DNA from: an uncultured Clostridia bacterium
GTDB lineage: Bacteria > Bacillota > Clostridia > TANB77 > CAG-508
Assembly (NCBI GenBank): GCA_947649935.1
Contig: CANSTR010000001.1
Coordinates: forward strand, 6,280 to 70,279
Direction of reading: 5' to 3'
Length of the DNA: 64,000 bases
Of this stretch, positions 36,957-46,700 are shown in pieces. The stretch's first letter is position 1; the number at the start of each line of letters is the position of its first letter. A model generated the notes under the pieces. It was not told the DNA's origin. It saw only the letters and a list, made by a program, of their open reading frames with translations, and did no database searches. The position numbers were made by a program, and so were the translations under genes.

Positions 36957-38405
36957 CTAGTATTTTATTTTTGTAGGTATTCTGATAATTACTTCAGTAC
37001 CTTTTCCTACCTCACTTTTGACATCTATTTTGCTGTCATTTTGGTCTAATATTTCTTTGGCAATAGATAATCCCAAGCCAGTTCCACCAGTTTCTCTGGC
37101 ACGTGCTTTGTCGACTCGATAAAATCGCTCAAAGATTTTTTGCAAATCCGCTTCTGGAATTCCCCTGCCAGTGTCTTTAATTTTGATGTACGCATCATTG
37201 TAGACAAAACCAACATACACCGTAATATTTCCGCCTGCCTCTGTGTATTTTATCGCATTGGATAAAATGTTGATAATGACTCGTTCCATACCACTTTTAT
37301 CGGCATAAATTGGCGGAACATCTGCCGTCACATAACATTCGCCTGTCAACTCTTTTTTCTGCATTTCAATGGTTTGTCCTTCAAAAACATATTTTACCAA
37401 TTCGCCTAAATCAAACTCTGTTTTTTCAACTTTAATTTTGGCTGTATCGTATTTGGACAAAATCAATAAATCTGCCACCAATTTTGACATCCTCTCGGCT
37501 TCCGAAGAAATACGCGATAAAAACTTTTTTTGATTTTCTTCGTCAACATCCGAGTCAAGCAACGTATCTGCATATCCCATAATCGACGTAATCGGCGTTT
37601 TCAACTCATGCGACACATCTGCCATAAATTCTTTTCGCATACTATCGAGTTTTTCCTGCTCCGTAATATCTTGCACAACTACAATGACGCCCGCTGGACG
37701 GTCATTTTCATTTTTGAATGGTGCAAAAAATAAATTAATCGATTGATTTTCTAAATTCAGCTTTTTCTCAGAAGACGTCCAATCATCCAAATAAATAATT
37801 TTTTCTAAATTGATATCCACATCAAATTTTTGAAAAATTTCTTCGAAATTTTGTTGCTCTGTAATTCCCAGTAATTTCTTGGCTGCTAAATTGATATGAA
37901 TGATATTGCCATGCCTGTCAAAAGCAACAATACCATCTGTCATGTGCAAAAGAATGGTTTCTATCTGCTTTTTTTGTCTTGTGACTTCATTCAAATTTTC
38001 CTTTAGTTCTGTATTCATAATGCTAAAAGCTTCTACTAATTCATCAATTTCTGTTTTATTTTTATTATCTGCAAGATATTCGATTTCTATGTCTTGTCCT
38101 TTTGCTATCATTTCTGCACTTTTTACCAGTCTTGAAATTGGCTTTATAATAACCTTGGCCATGAATATCGCCAGAATCACAATTAAAATTGTAAAAATCA
38201 CCAAAGATACATAGATAATTTTACGAATTTCCTCAATTTGTTCTGTCAACAATTGCTGTATTTGCAAACTTGTCATCTCCACAGCATCTATTTGCGTGTT
38301 AATATAATTTAATTTGTAAATAAAGGTCAATCCAAGTCCTGTAATGACAACAATTCCCAAAATCATAAAAACCATAACAATCTTGATTTGTATGCTTTTT
38401 ACCAT
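36957..38405 (-). CDS. Two-component sensor histidine kinase (TM-HAMP-PAS-HisKA-HATPase)
   Basis: H-box (EFMADVSHELKTPITSI), N/G1/G2 boxes (NAIKYT…DTGRGIP…GTGLGLSIAK). Confidence 0.85.
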   Translation of the reverse strand: MVKSIQIKIVMVFMILGIVVITGLGLTFIYKLNYINTQIDAVEMTSLQIQQLLTEQIEEIRKIIYVSLVIFTILIVILAIFMAKVIIKPISRLVKSAEMIAKGQDIEIEYLADNKNKTEIDELVEAFSIMNTELKENLNEVTRQKKQIETILLHMTDGIVAFDRHGNIIHINLAAKKLLGITEQQNFEEIFQKFDVDINLEKIIYLDDWTSSEKKLNLENQSINLFFAPFKNENDRPAGVIVVVQDITEQEKLDSMRKEFMADVSHELKTPITSIMGYADTLLDSDVDEENQKKFLSRISSEAERMSKLVADLLILSKYDTAKIKVEKTEFDLGELVKYVFEGQTIEMQKKELTGECYVTADVPPIYADKSGMERVIINILSNAIKYTEAGGNITVYVGFVYNDAYIKIKDTGRGIPEADLQKIFERFYRVDKARARETGGTGLGLSIAKEILDQNDSKIDVKSEVGKGTEVIIRIPTKIKY

Positions 38406-38644
38406 TACATTTTAACCTTTCGTACATATTCTTTTTTATTATATACTTAAGTCAATAATAATTCAAGTGATTTTTGCGAATTTGTAAAAAAATTCTTATA
38501 AAAAGCAAAAATGAGAGAATTCCGAAAAATACCCCCATTTTTTATTATATCATATTTTTTCTATTTTGTCAATTGACAAATTGTTAATTTTATGTTCTTG
38601 CTTGGTATTGCTGGATTTCAGCAATTATTTAGTAAAGGCACGGT

Positions 38645-38696
38645 GCACCGTGCCCCTACCTTTGCGTTGTTATTTTGGGTCGATGTTAGCATCGCC
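38645..38696. repeat. Two tandem GC-rich hairpin + CCCCTAC elements (copies 4a, 4b) between the RR and HK genes
   Basis: GGCACGGTGCACCGTGCCCCTACC … GGGTCGATGTTAGCATCGCCCCCTACT. Confidence 0.7.
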
Positions 38697-38698
38697 CC

Positions 38699-39499
38699 CT
38701 ACTTTTTTGTGTTGTCTGCAATATAATATCCAACTCCTCTTTTGGTAATGAGAATTTTGGGGTCTGCTTTGTCTTTTTCGATTTTTTCACGAATGCGATT
38801 AATCGTAACATCAATCGTTCTGATGGCTCCGACAAAATCCTCGTATTCCCAAATCTCATGCAATAATTGCTCCCTCGAAACAACTTGTCCTGGTTGAAGT
38901 GCCAAATATTTCAAAACGTCAAATTCCTTTTTGGTTAAATTAATCAACTTTCCTTTCATGGTTGCTTCTAATTTTTTCAAATTCAACTTCAAATCCCCAA
39001 CTTCTATGATTTCCTCTTCTTCTCGTGGGTCAACCATGTCTTTATTTCCCATTGTCTTAGCTTCTGTTTTTCGCAAATTTGCTTTAATTCTTGCCATTAA
39101 TTCACGAATTTGGAATGGTTTTGTGATATAATCATCTGCTCCCATCTCTAGTCCAACAATTTTATCTGACTCGGAATCTTTTGCAGAAACCATTAGTATT
39201 GGCATCGTAGAAATGTTCAAATAATATCTTATTTTTTTGCAAACCGAAATACCATCTAATTTGGGAATCATCACATCTAGCAAAATTAAATCTGGACGTT
39301 CTTTCAATGCCATTTCAACTGCCGTGATGCCATCGTATGCTTTTAGTGTGTTGTAACCTTCTTTTTCCAAGTTATACACAAGCAAATCCATGATATTTTC
39401 TTCATCATCTACTACTAAAATTGTCTTTTTTTCTTGCTCTACTAAATCTAGATTTTCCAAACCTTCAATTCCTTCTAATCCTTCCACAAAAATTCCCAC
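38699..39499 (-). CDS. OmpR-family response regulator (REC + winged-helix), with ~30-aa N-terminal extension
   Basis: REC domain (ILVVDDEENIMDL…LLDVMIP) and C-terminal trans_reg_C (…ITKRGVGYYI). Confidence 0.85.
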   Translation of the reverse strand: MGIFVEGLEGIEGLENLDLVEQEKKTILVVDDEENIMDLLVYNLEKEGYNTLKAYDGITAVEMALKERPDLILLDVMIPKLDGISVCKKIRYYLNISTMPILMVSAKDSESDKIVGLEMGADDYITKPFQIRELMARIKANLRKTEAKTMGNKDMVDPREEEEIIEVGDLKLNLKKLEATMKGKLINLTKKEFDVLKYLALQPGQVVSREQLLHEIWEYEDFVGAIRTIDVTINRIREKIEKDKADPKILITKRGVGYYIADNTKK

Positions 39500-39639
39500 C
39501 TTTCTTCTATTTGAAAAGACATTTTATTTTCTATTTTTATTTATATCACATTTATTTTGTTTCGGCAAGTTTTTTTACATAAATATTTCCATACTATATT
39601 TTCCCATTTTTAACAATCCTATTCAATCTATAAAGAAAA

Positions 39640-39661
39640 AAACCTTGATTTTCAAGGTTTA
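39640..39661 (-). terminator. Rho-independent terminator after the toxin gene
   Basis: AAACCTTG-attttc-CAAGGTTT followed by UUUUUCUUU on the minus transcript. Confidence 0.65.
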
Positions 39662-39676
39662 TCAGATAATTTATTC

Positions 39677-40045
39677 CTACCATTTATTTAAAATATCTTC
39701 TTGATATTCTTTGTACTTTTCCTTAAATTCTTCTCTTATATCCAAAGGTAACTCACCTATTTTGCTTCCTAATTTCATTTTTGAACCTGTATATATTTTT
39801 GTTGTTTTAATAACAGATTTTCTATCTAGTCCAATTTTCTTTGCTGTTTCTTCTTCAATTTCAACATCATATTTGCCACAAGAAGCTGATGATGAAATGA
39901 TAACATAATTAATATCTACAAATTGAAGCCCATTTTCTCTATCATCACCCACGATTAAAATAGGTCTTACCTTTTCTAAATTATCACTTGGTTTTGTTGC
40001 TCTAAAAGTCCATATTTCACCTATCACTACTCCCATTCCTCCCAT
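39677..40045 (-). CDS. Small toxin partner of Panacea-domain antitoxin (PemK/MazF-like fold suspected)
   Basis: 122 aa. Hydrophobic strands reminiscent of MazF/PemK (VRPILIVGDD…INYVIISSS). Overlaps the upstream antitoxin gene by 19 nt. Confidence 0.4.
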   Translation of the reverse strand: MGGMGVVIGEIWTFRATKPSDNLEKVRPILIVGDDRENGLQFVDINYVIISSSASCGKYDVEIEEETAKKIGLDRKSVIKTTKIYTGSKMKLGSKIGELPLDIREEFKEKYKEYQEDILNKW

Positions 40046-40491
40046 TCTGGTTGGAAAATTTCATTGATAAAATAATTTGCTATACTTTCTTTTGATATCG
40101 TTTTATCACTTCTTTCATCTGGATCTAATCCTCCTCTAGATAAAATCCAAGGTTCCTGCTCATGACTTAATTTCTCCAAATATTTGGCATCATATCTAGA
40201 AAAATTATCAATTACATAATTTAATACATCTTTTGCATCATCATCTAAATCATTCATTTCAAAGCTAATATCGATGCAATTGTATTGATAACTGCTAAAC
40301 TGATTATATACTTCTCTAACAACTGGCCCATGAACCCAGCCTTCTAACTCATCATAAAATAGAGGTCTATCATAAAAAGCATACGAATAACCTTGTGCTA
40401 AATATAATAATTTTTGTAATTTTAATGGTTCAGGGTGTATTTTATTGATAATCCATTTAGCTACTGTTGAAGCATCATATATCATTCCCAT
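40027..40491 (-). CDS. Panacea-domain (DUF4065, SocA-like) antitoxin
   Basis: Start MGMIYD at ~40491 (GAGGAGG 7 nt upstream). Conserved Panacea signature PLKLQKLLYLAQGYSYAF…GPVVREVY. Confidence 0.6.
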   Translation of the reverse strand: MGMIYDASTVAKWIINKIHPEPLKLQKLLYLAQGYSYAFYDRPLFYDELEGWVHGPVVREVYNQFSSYQYNCIDISFEMNDLDDDAKDVLNYVIDNFSRYDAKYLEKLSHEQEPWILSRGGLDPDERSDKTISKESIANYFINEIFQPEWEEWE

Positions 40492-40712
40492 TTTATACCT
40501 CCTCATTTTATTATATTTATCTTATTATAATTATACCACATTTTTATGTAAATTGCAAATATTTTAAGTTATTTTAAAACATTTTAACATATTTTATAAA
40601 CTTTTTTCAAGTTTTTTTGAACTTTTTATAACTTTTATAAAAAATATTACCAAAATACTACTTAAAAATGCAAATCTATCAAACTATTGATAAATTTGCA
40701 TTTTTTAAATTT

Positions 40713-43700
40713 TTACATAAATATTTGTATCTGATAGATTTTTCCGTCATCAGAAAGTGGTATTTTCTTGTCTTTTACCTCTGTGCCATTGAGCAAAAAT
40801 TTCTCGACGCCTGTATTTTTGCCATCTTTATTTTTTACGGTAATGTTGTAAATACTGGTTTTGTATTTATATTTGATTTCATATTCTTTCCACGTTTTTG
40901 CGATGCATGGCTCCATGCTCAAAAATCCATTTTTAATTTTCAAGCCCAAAATATATTCGATAATGGCTTGATAATACCAGCTACTTGAGCCCGTATACCA
41001 GTTCCAACCACCACGTCCCAATAAATCTTTATTCGCATAAACATCAGCTGGCATGACATAGGGTTCTAGCTTAAATTTTTTGGCTTCTTCTTTTGTTTTC
41101 GAATGCTCAATCGGATTTAACATTTCCGCAAACTCTACCGCTTTATCGCCAAAACCAAGCAAGGCTTCTGCAATCACAAACCAACAACTTGCGTGCGTAT
41201 ACTGCCCTCCGTTTTCACGAATTCCAGCTGGATACGCCTTGATATAACCCGGATTAATCGACGAATTTTCAAATGCTGGCTCAAATAATTGGATGATTTT
41301 ATTTTCCCTGTCAACCAAATAATTTTCAGCCTCTTCCATGGAAATAAATTTTTTGTCATTATCCCCTGCATTCGAAATAACCGACCAACTTTGTGCAAGA
41401 CTGTCAATTCGGCATTCCTCACTTGCCATGCAACCAATTTCGTAACCTTCATCATTAATCGCTCTTTTAAACCATCTTCCATCCCAACCTTTGGTGTTCA
41501 AATTTTTCTTTAATTCGTCTTTCACTTTCGTATATTTCTCTACCAAATCTGCGCGATTCCTTTGTTCGCAAATCGGAATAAAACGATTTAAAATATCGTA
41601 GAAGAAAAATCCTAGCCAAATACTTTGTCCTTGCCCTTTGGCGCCTAGATTGCTAAATCCGTCATTCCAGTCACCAATTCCGATTTTTGGAAATGGGTCA
41701 AGCCCTCTCATAATCACAAGTTCAATGCTTCTGATGCAATGCTCAAAAATGCTTTCTTTTACATCGCTTTCATAATAAATATCGTATTTTTCAAGTTCGT
41801 CTTCTTTCAGCAATTCGCCTTTTAGATATGGCACTTGTTCGTCCAGAATTTCCTGCTGATTTGTGGTTTCTATATATTGCAAAACTCCATAAACTAGCCA
41901 CAATATATCATCTGAAAAACGGGTTCGAATTCCTCTTTTGGTTTCAATGTGCCACCAATGAAGCACATCTCCTTCGATGAATTGATGTCTACTACAATTC
42001 AAAATTTGGTCTTTCAAAAACGAACTATCAATATACTTGACACCCAAGCCATCTTGCAATTGGTCACGAAATCCAAAGGCGCCACCGGATTGATAATACC
42101 CACTTCTGGCCAAAATTCGGCTTGCAATAATTTGGTAAACCAACCAACCATTCATCAAAATATTGATGGATTCTGACGGCGTTTTTACCATAATCGTACT
42201 CAAAATATTATTCCATTTTGATTTGACATTTTCTAGTTTAACTTCTACATCAAATTCTTTTTCATATTTTTGTGTGACTTCTTTTATGTTGGCAAAACTA
42301 TTTTCTTCACCAATTAAAATCGAAAATTTCTTGTCTTCAAATTTGTCAAATGCCAAATTGATTTCAAAGCCAATGCAGGAATCTTTGCCAACTCCAGAAT
42401 GATTGCTCAATGCTTTGTATAAGCCATCTGGTTCTTCAATGCTTCCGTTTCCGAAAAACTCGGTTTTGTCGCCTGTGAACGTTCCAATCTCTTCATTACT
42501 GCTTACATACATAATTTTGTCTTTGAAATCTTCGTTGGCAAAAACATTTTTCACCAGCAAAATATTTTCCTTTTTTTCGACGCTAATATTGCCATTGCTG
42601 AAATATTCATCTTCACCCAAAACTGGTTTCATATAAACCACCATTTTTAGATTTCGCTTTTCACCAATAATATTTTTGATGCGGAAATCCAGCACTTTGA
42701 CATTTTCTTCATTTGGCACAAAAACATCCACTGTTTGAAGGAAATTATCATGGCTATTTTGGTAATTGGAATAACCAAAACCATGTCTTACATAATAGTA
42801 ATTTTGATTTGGATTCACACTGCTGTTCAATGTCCAAACACTTCCATTTTCTTCATCTTTCAAATAGAAAATCTCAGATGGGAAATCATAAACCACATTA
42901 TTGTTCCAAGCAGTCAAACGATTCAAACGGCTATTTTTGTACCACGTATAACCGCCCAAATTGTCTGTTACAATGCTTCCGAAAAATTTATTGGCTAACA
43001 CGTTGCTCCAAACGGCTGGCAATTTGTTTTCTGTATTTTTGTAAATCACATATTCCTTGCCGTTTTCGCTAAATCCACCAAAGCCATTATCTAACAACAA
43101 TTTTTCCTCTCGCAATGGCAAAATTTCTTCTTCCACTTTTGTCTTTTTCGGTTTGACAATTTCACTTTTTGATTGATTCTTTTTCTCTTCGCAATCTTTC
43201 AAAAAGGCTGATAAATCGCCATTTTTGCAATTGATTACAACACGCGCTTTAAAGCAAATTGCTTGAACATCTTCTTCTGGCATATCTTTTTCATTGAGAA
43301 CAAAAATTCCGCTAGACGTATTTTTCAAATGTTTCATTTGCTTTTCTGCAATGACGGCATGAATCGAATCCTCCACAAATCTTTCATACACATTTTTTTC
43401 GTTATTCAAAATCACCAAATCCATGAAAATATTTTTGGTTCGATAATACTCAAATGCCTTCACAATATCTTCTAGCACATACGCTTCTTCGAGCTTGGCA
43501 ACTCGCACAACCAAAATCGGCAAGTCGCCTGATATTCCATATTTCCACAAACTGTTCATCCCAAATTGCTGATTTGCCTTTTTGCAATTTGCATGATTGA
43601 ATTGCAAAATATAATTCAACAACTTCGCATACAACTCCAATTTTTCACCTTTGATTTGCAAATATTTATTTTGTTCTTCGCAACGAATTCGTGCCACATT

Positions 43701-46700
43701 CAAAATCTTCTCAATCTCTTCCGCACCTTTTACTTTTTCAATTAAATCCACAGCTTCCTTTTTCTCTTCAGCAACTGCCATGATTAAATTGACATTGACT
43801 TTGCTATTGGATTTTACCTTCACCGTGCGCTTCATTGCTACAATCGGCGACACGACTTGTGCAATTGTTTTTGAGAAAATTTTCTGATTTTTTATCATTT
43901 GTGGCAAACCATAATTTTCTCTCGCCTGATATTTTTCTCCATCAATTTCGTATTCGAAATTCGCAATTTGGTCACTTTCTGTGTACAACGTTGTTGCCAA
44001 ATACAAAAATTCCTCTAAATCTCTCGAACGTCTTTCCACAATGATATTTTCATTTTGTTCCTCAAATTTCAAAAACAATTTGTTAAACGCAGGATGCGCA
44101 TACTCCGCTGTTTTCTTCGAAAGCGTTGGCTCAAACTCGCAAATAACCTCCAAAACCTCATCCAGATTTCCCAAATTCTCGATTTCCACACGTCTAATTT
44201 CAATGCATTTATCTGGGTCCAATGTTACTGTTACTTCAAATTTAATATTGGCATCTTTGCCCATAAATTTGATTTTATCTGGCGCAAAAACGACTCTTTC
44301 GCAGTTCTCGAGTTTCATAATTTTCTTGGTTTTCGTATTTCGAATATAAAAGAAAATTCCCTGTTTTAGCTCTGCCGTTTCTTTGAAATTGTTAATCATT
44401 TTGCCCTTGTATTCGCTCACGCCCTCGCCAAAATCATTGATTAAAATTTGATAATTTTCATTGGCAATCACGCCAATATTTTTTTGCATTTTGTCAGGTT
44501 TCTCAATCACTCTTTCCATATAACTACTTTCGCCTGGCAATTTATTTTTCGAAATTTTCTCCTTTTTCTCCTTCGTAATAATCATTTTAACTGGCATTTT
44601 TTCTTGTAATAAAACATTCACTGCTTGCACTTCAGGATTTCGATTAAATCGTTTCTCCAAAATATTATCTTGGATTGCATTATTAATGGAAAGCAACGTC
44701 AAACCTTGATGATGCGCCATATACGTTCGAATAACTTCATGCGTATTTCCCTTTTTCAAACGACTACTCGTATAATCCACTGCTTCATAAAATCCATATT
44801 TTCCCCTTGCGCCTTCTTTTTCCAATCTTTTCAAATTGTGAATGCACTCTTCTGTTGCATCATACAACGACAAAAACGTACTGTATGGCGAAATGACGAT
44901 GTCCTCCTCAAGCCCTCTTTTCAAGCCAAGCCACGGAATTCCAAACGCCTTATATTGATAATTGCGATTCAAGTCCATCAAATTAAATGCAGACTCTGAA
45001 ATTCCCCACGGAACACCCAATTTTTTCGCATACTCAATCTGGCTCAAAACTGCAAATTTGCTCGCCTCATCCAGCAAACTTCCTTCATACCTTTTCAAAT
45101 TGATATTCGGCATTAAATACTCGAACGCCGTTCCCGTCCAGGAAATTAGTCCTTTGTAGCCTTTGAGCGACGTCAACGTTCGGCTCAAATTGTTCCACAC
45201 TTTACTTGGCACATCCCCTTTTGCAATTGCTACAAAACTCGCCTGCCTTGCTTCTGACGCCAAAAAGTCGTAATACGAATCCGTCAATTCATTATCTTCT
45301 AAATTAAAGCCAATCGACATAAGTTTATTTTCCGGACTATACAATTTCGAAAAATCCGTATTGTTAATCAAATCCGTCACAGTCTGAATCAAATTATCAT
45401 GCTTTCCTTCTTGATTATTTTCCAGCAAAAACTGTTTGACAATATACAAATATCCCACAAAATTTCCACTATCTACAGTTGAAACATAGCGCGGAATCAG
45501 CGGTTCCAGCGTCAACGTATTGTACCAATTATACAAATGCCCATTCCATTTTGCCAAGCTAACAATGGTTTCCATGACCTTATAAATCATTTGAATGGCT
45601 TCTTCTGCCTGAATATAACCCAAATCAAAAGCCGAAATAATCGCCAGCAATTCGAGTCCAATATTGGTTGAAGACGTTCTATCTACAATTTTATTTTTAC
45701 GATTTTCCTGATAATTATCTGGCATCAAATAATGATTTTTTTCAGTTGCGTGGTCTTTGAAAAATTGCCAAGTCTGCTTTCCAACCTCATTTAAATACGC
45801 AATATTTTCCTTGCTGATTTCTTTGTCTGGACTTCTATCCAAACTAATATACCACGCTGCAATCGGCGCTACAATCCACAAAATTCCAAAAATGGTCGAA
45901 ATCCAATTTCCTAAAAATAAAACAAGAATTCCAAAGAATACATTTGCTTTCATTTGCACAAAGTAGGAAGTCAAATCTGTCTTCGCATTTTTTTCGGCAT
46001 CTTCTGCCGTCACCCATTCGAGCAATTTTGTTTTGTTTTTCATACGATACAAACTTTTGCAAATCGCATCCATATTTTTCCATGCTTCGTATGGCAAAAA
46101 CAAAACCGTCAGCAACATCCTAAGAACGCTAATCGTGCTATTTTTCATATCTTTGGAGAATTTCTTATCGCTGTAAACCGCGCCCTCAATATTGCTTTCC
46201 TTGAAAACAATGTAATTTACCACATCCAAAATATACGAAATCAGCAACGCAAAAATCGACCATAAAACAATTTCTAAACCAAGCGGATGGCTCCCATTCC
46301 ACAAAAAAGTTCCTACGATAATTCCTACAAAAGAAGTAATATTCGCCAAACTCCTTCGCAAATTATCAAAAATTTTAAATTTGGAAATTTCATTCAAACG
46401 CTTGCTACGCAGCCATTTTATGATTTGCCAATCGCCACGCACCCATCTGTGATTTCGCAAAATGTACGGAATATAGCGCGTTGGATAGCCATCTAGCAAC
46501 ATCACATCCGTCAAAAGTCCACAACGCAAAAAATTTCCTTCCAGCAAATCGTGGCTAAGCACTGTATTTTCTTCGATTTCTCCATCCAGAATTTGGTTAT
46601 AAACTGCAACATCGTAAATTCCTTTTCCCGTAAAAATTCCTTCACCAAAATAATCTTGGTAAATATCGGAAATCGCATTTGTGTAAAAATCAATGCCACC

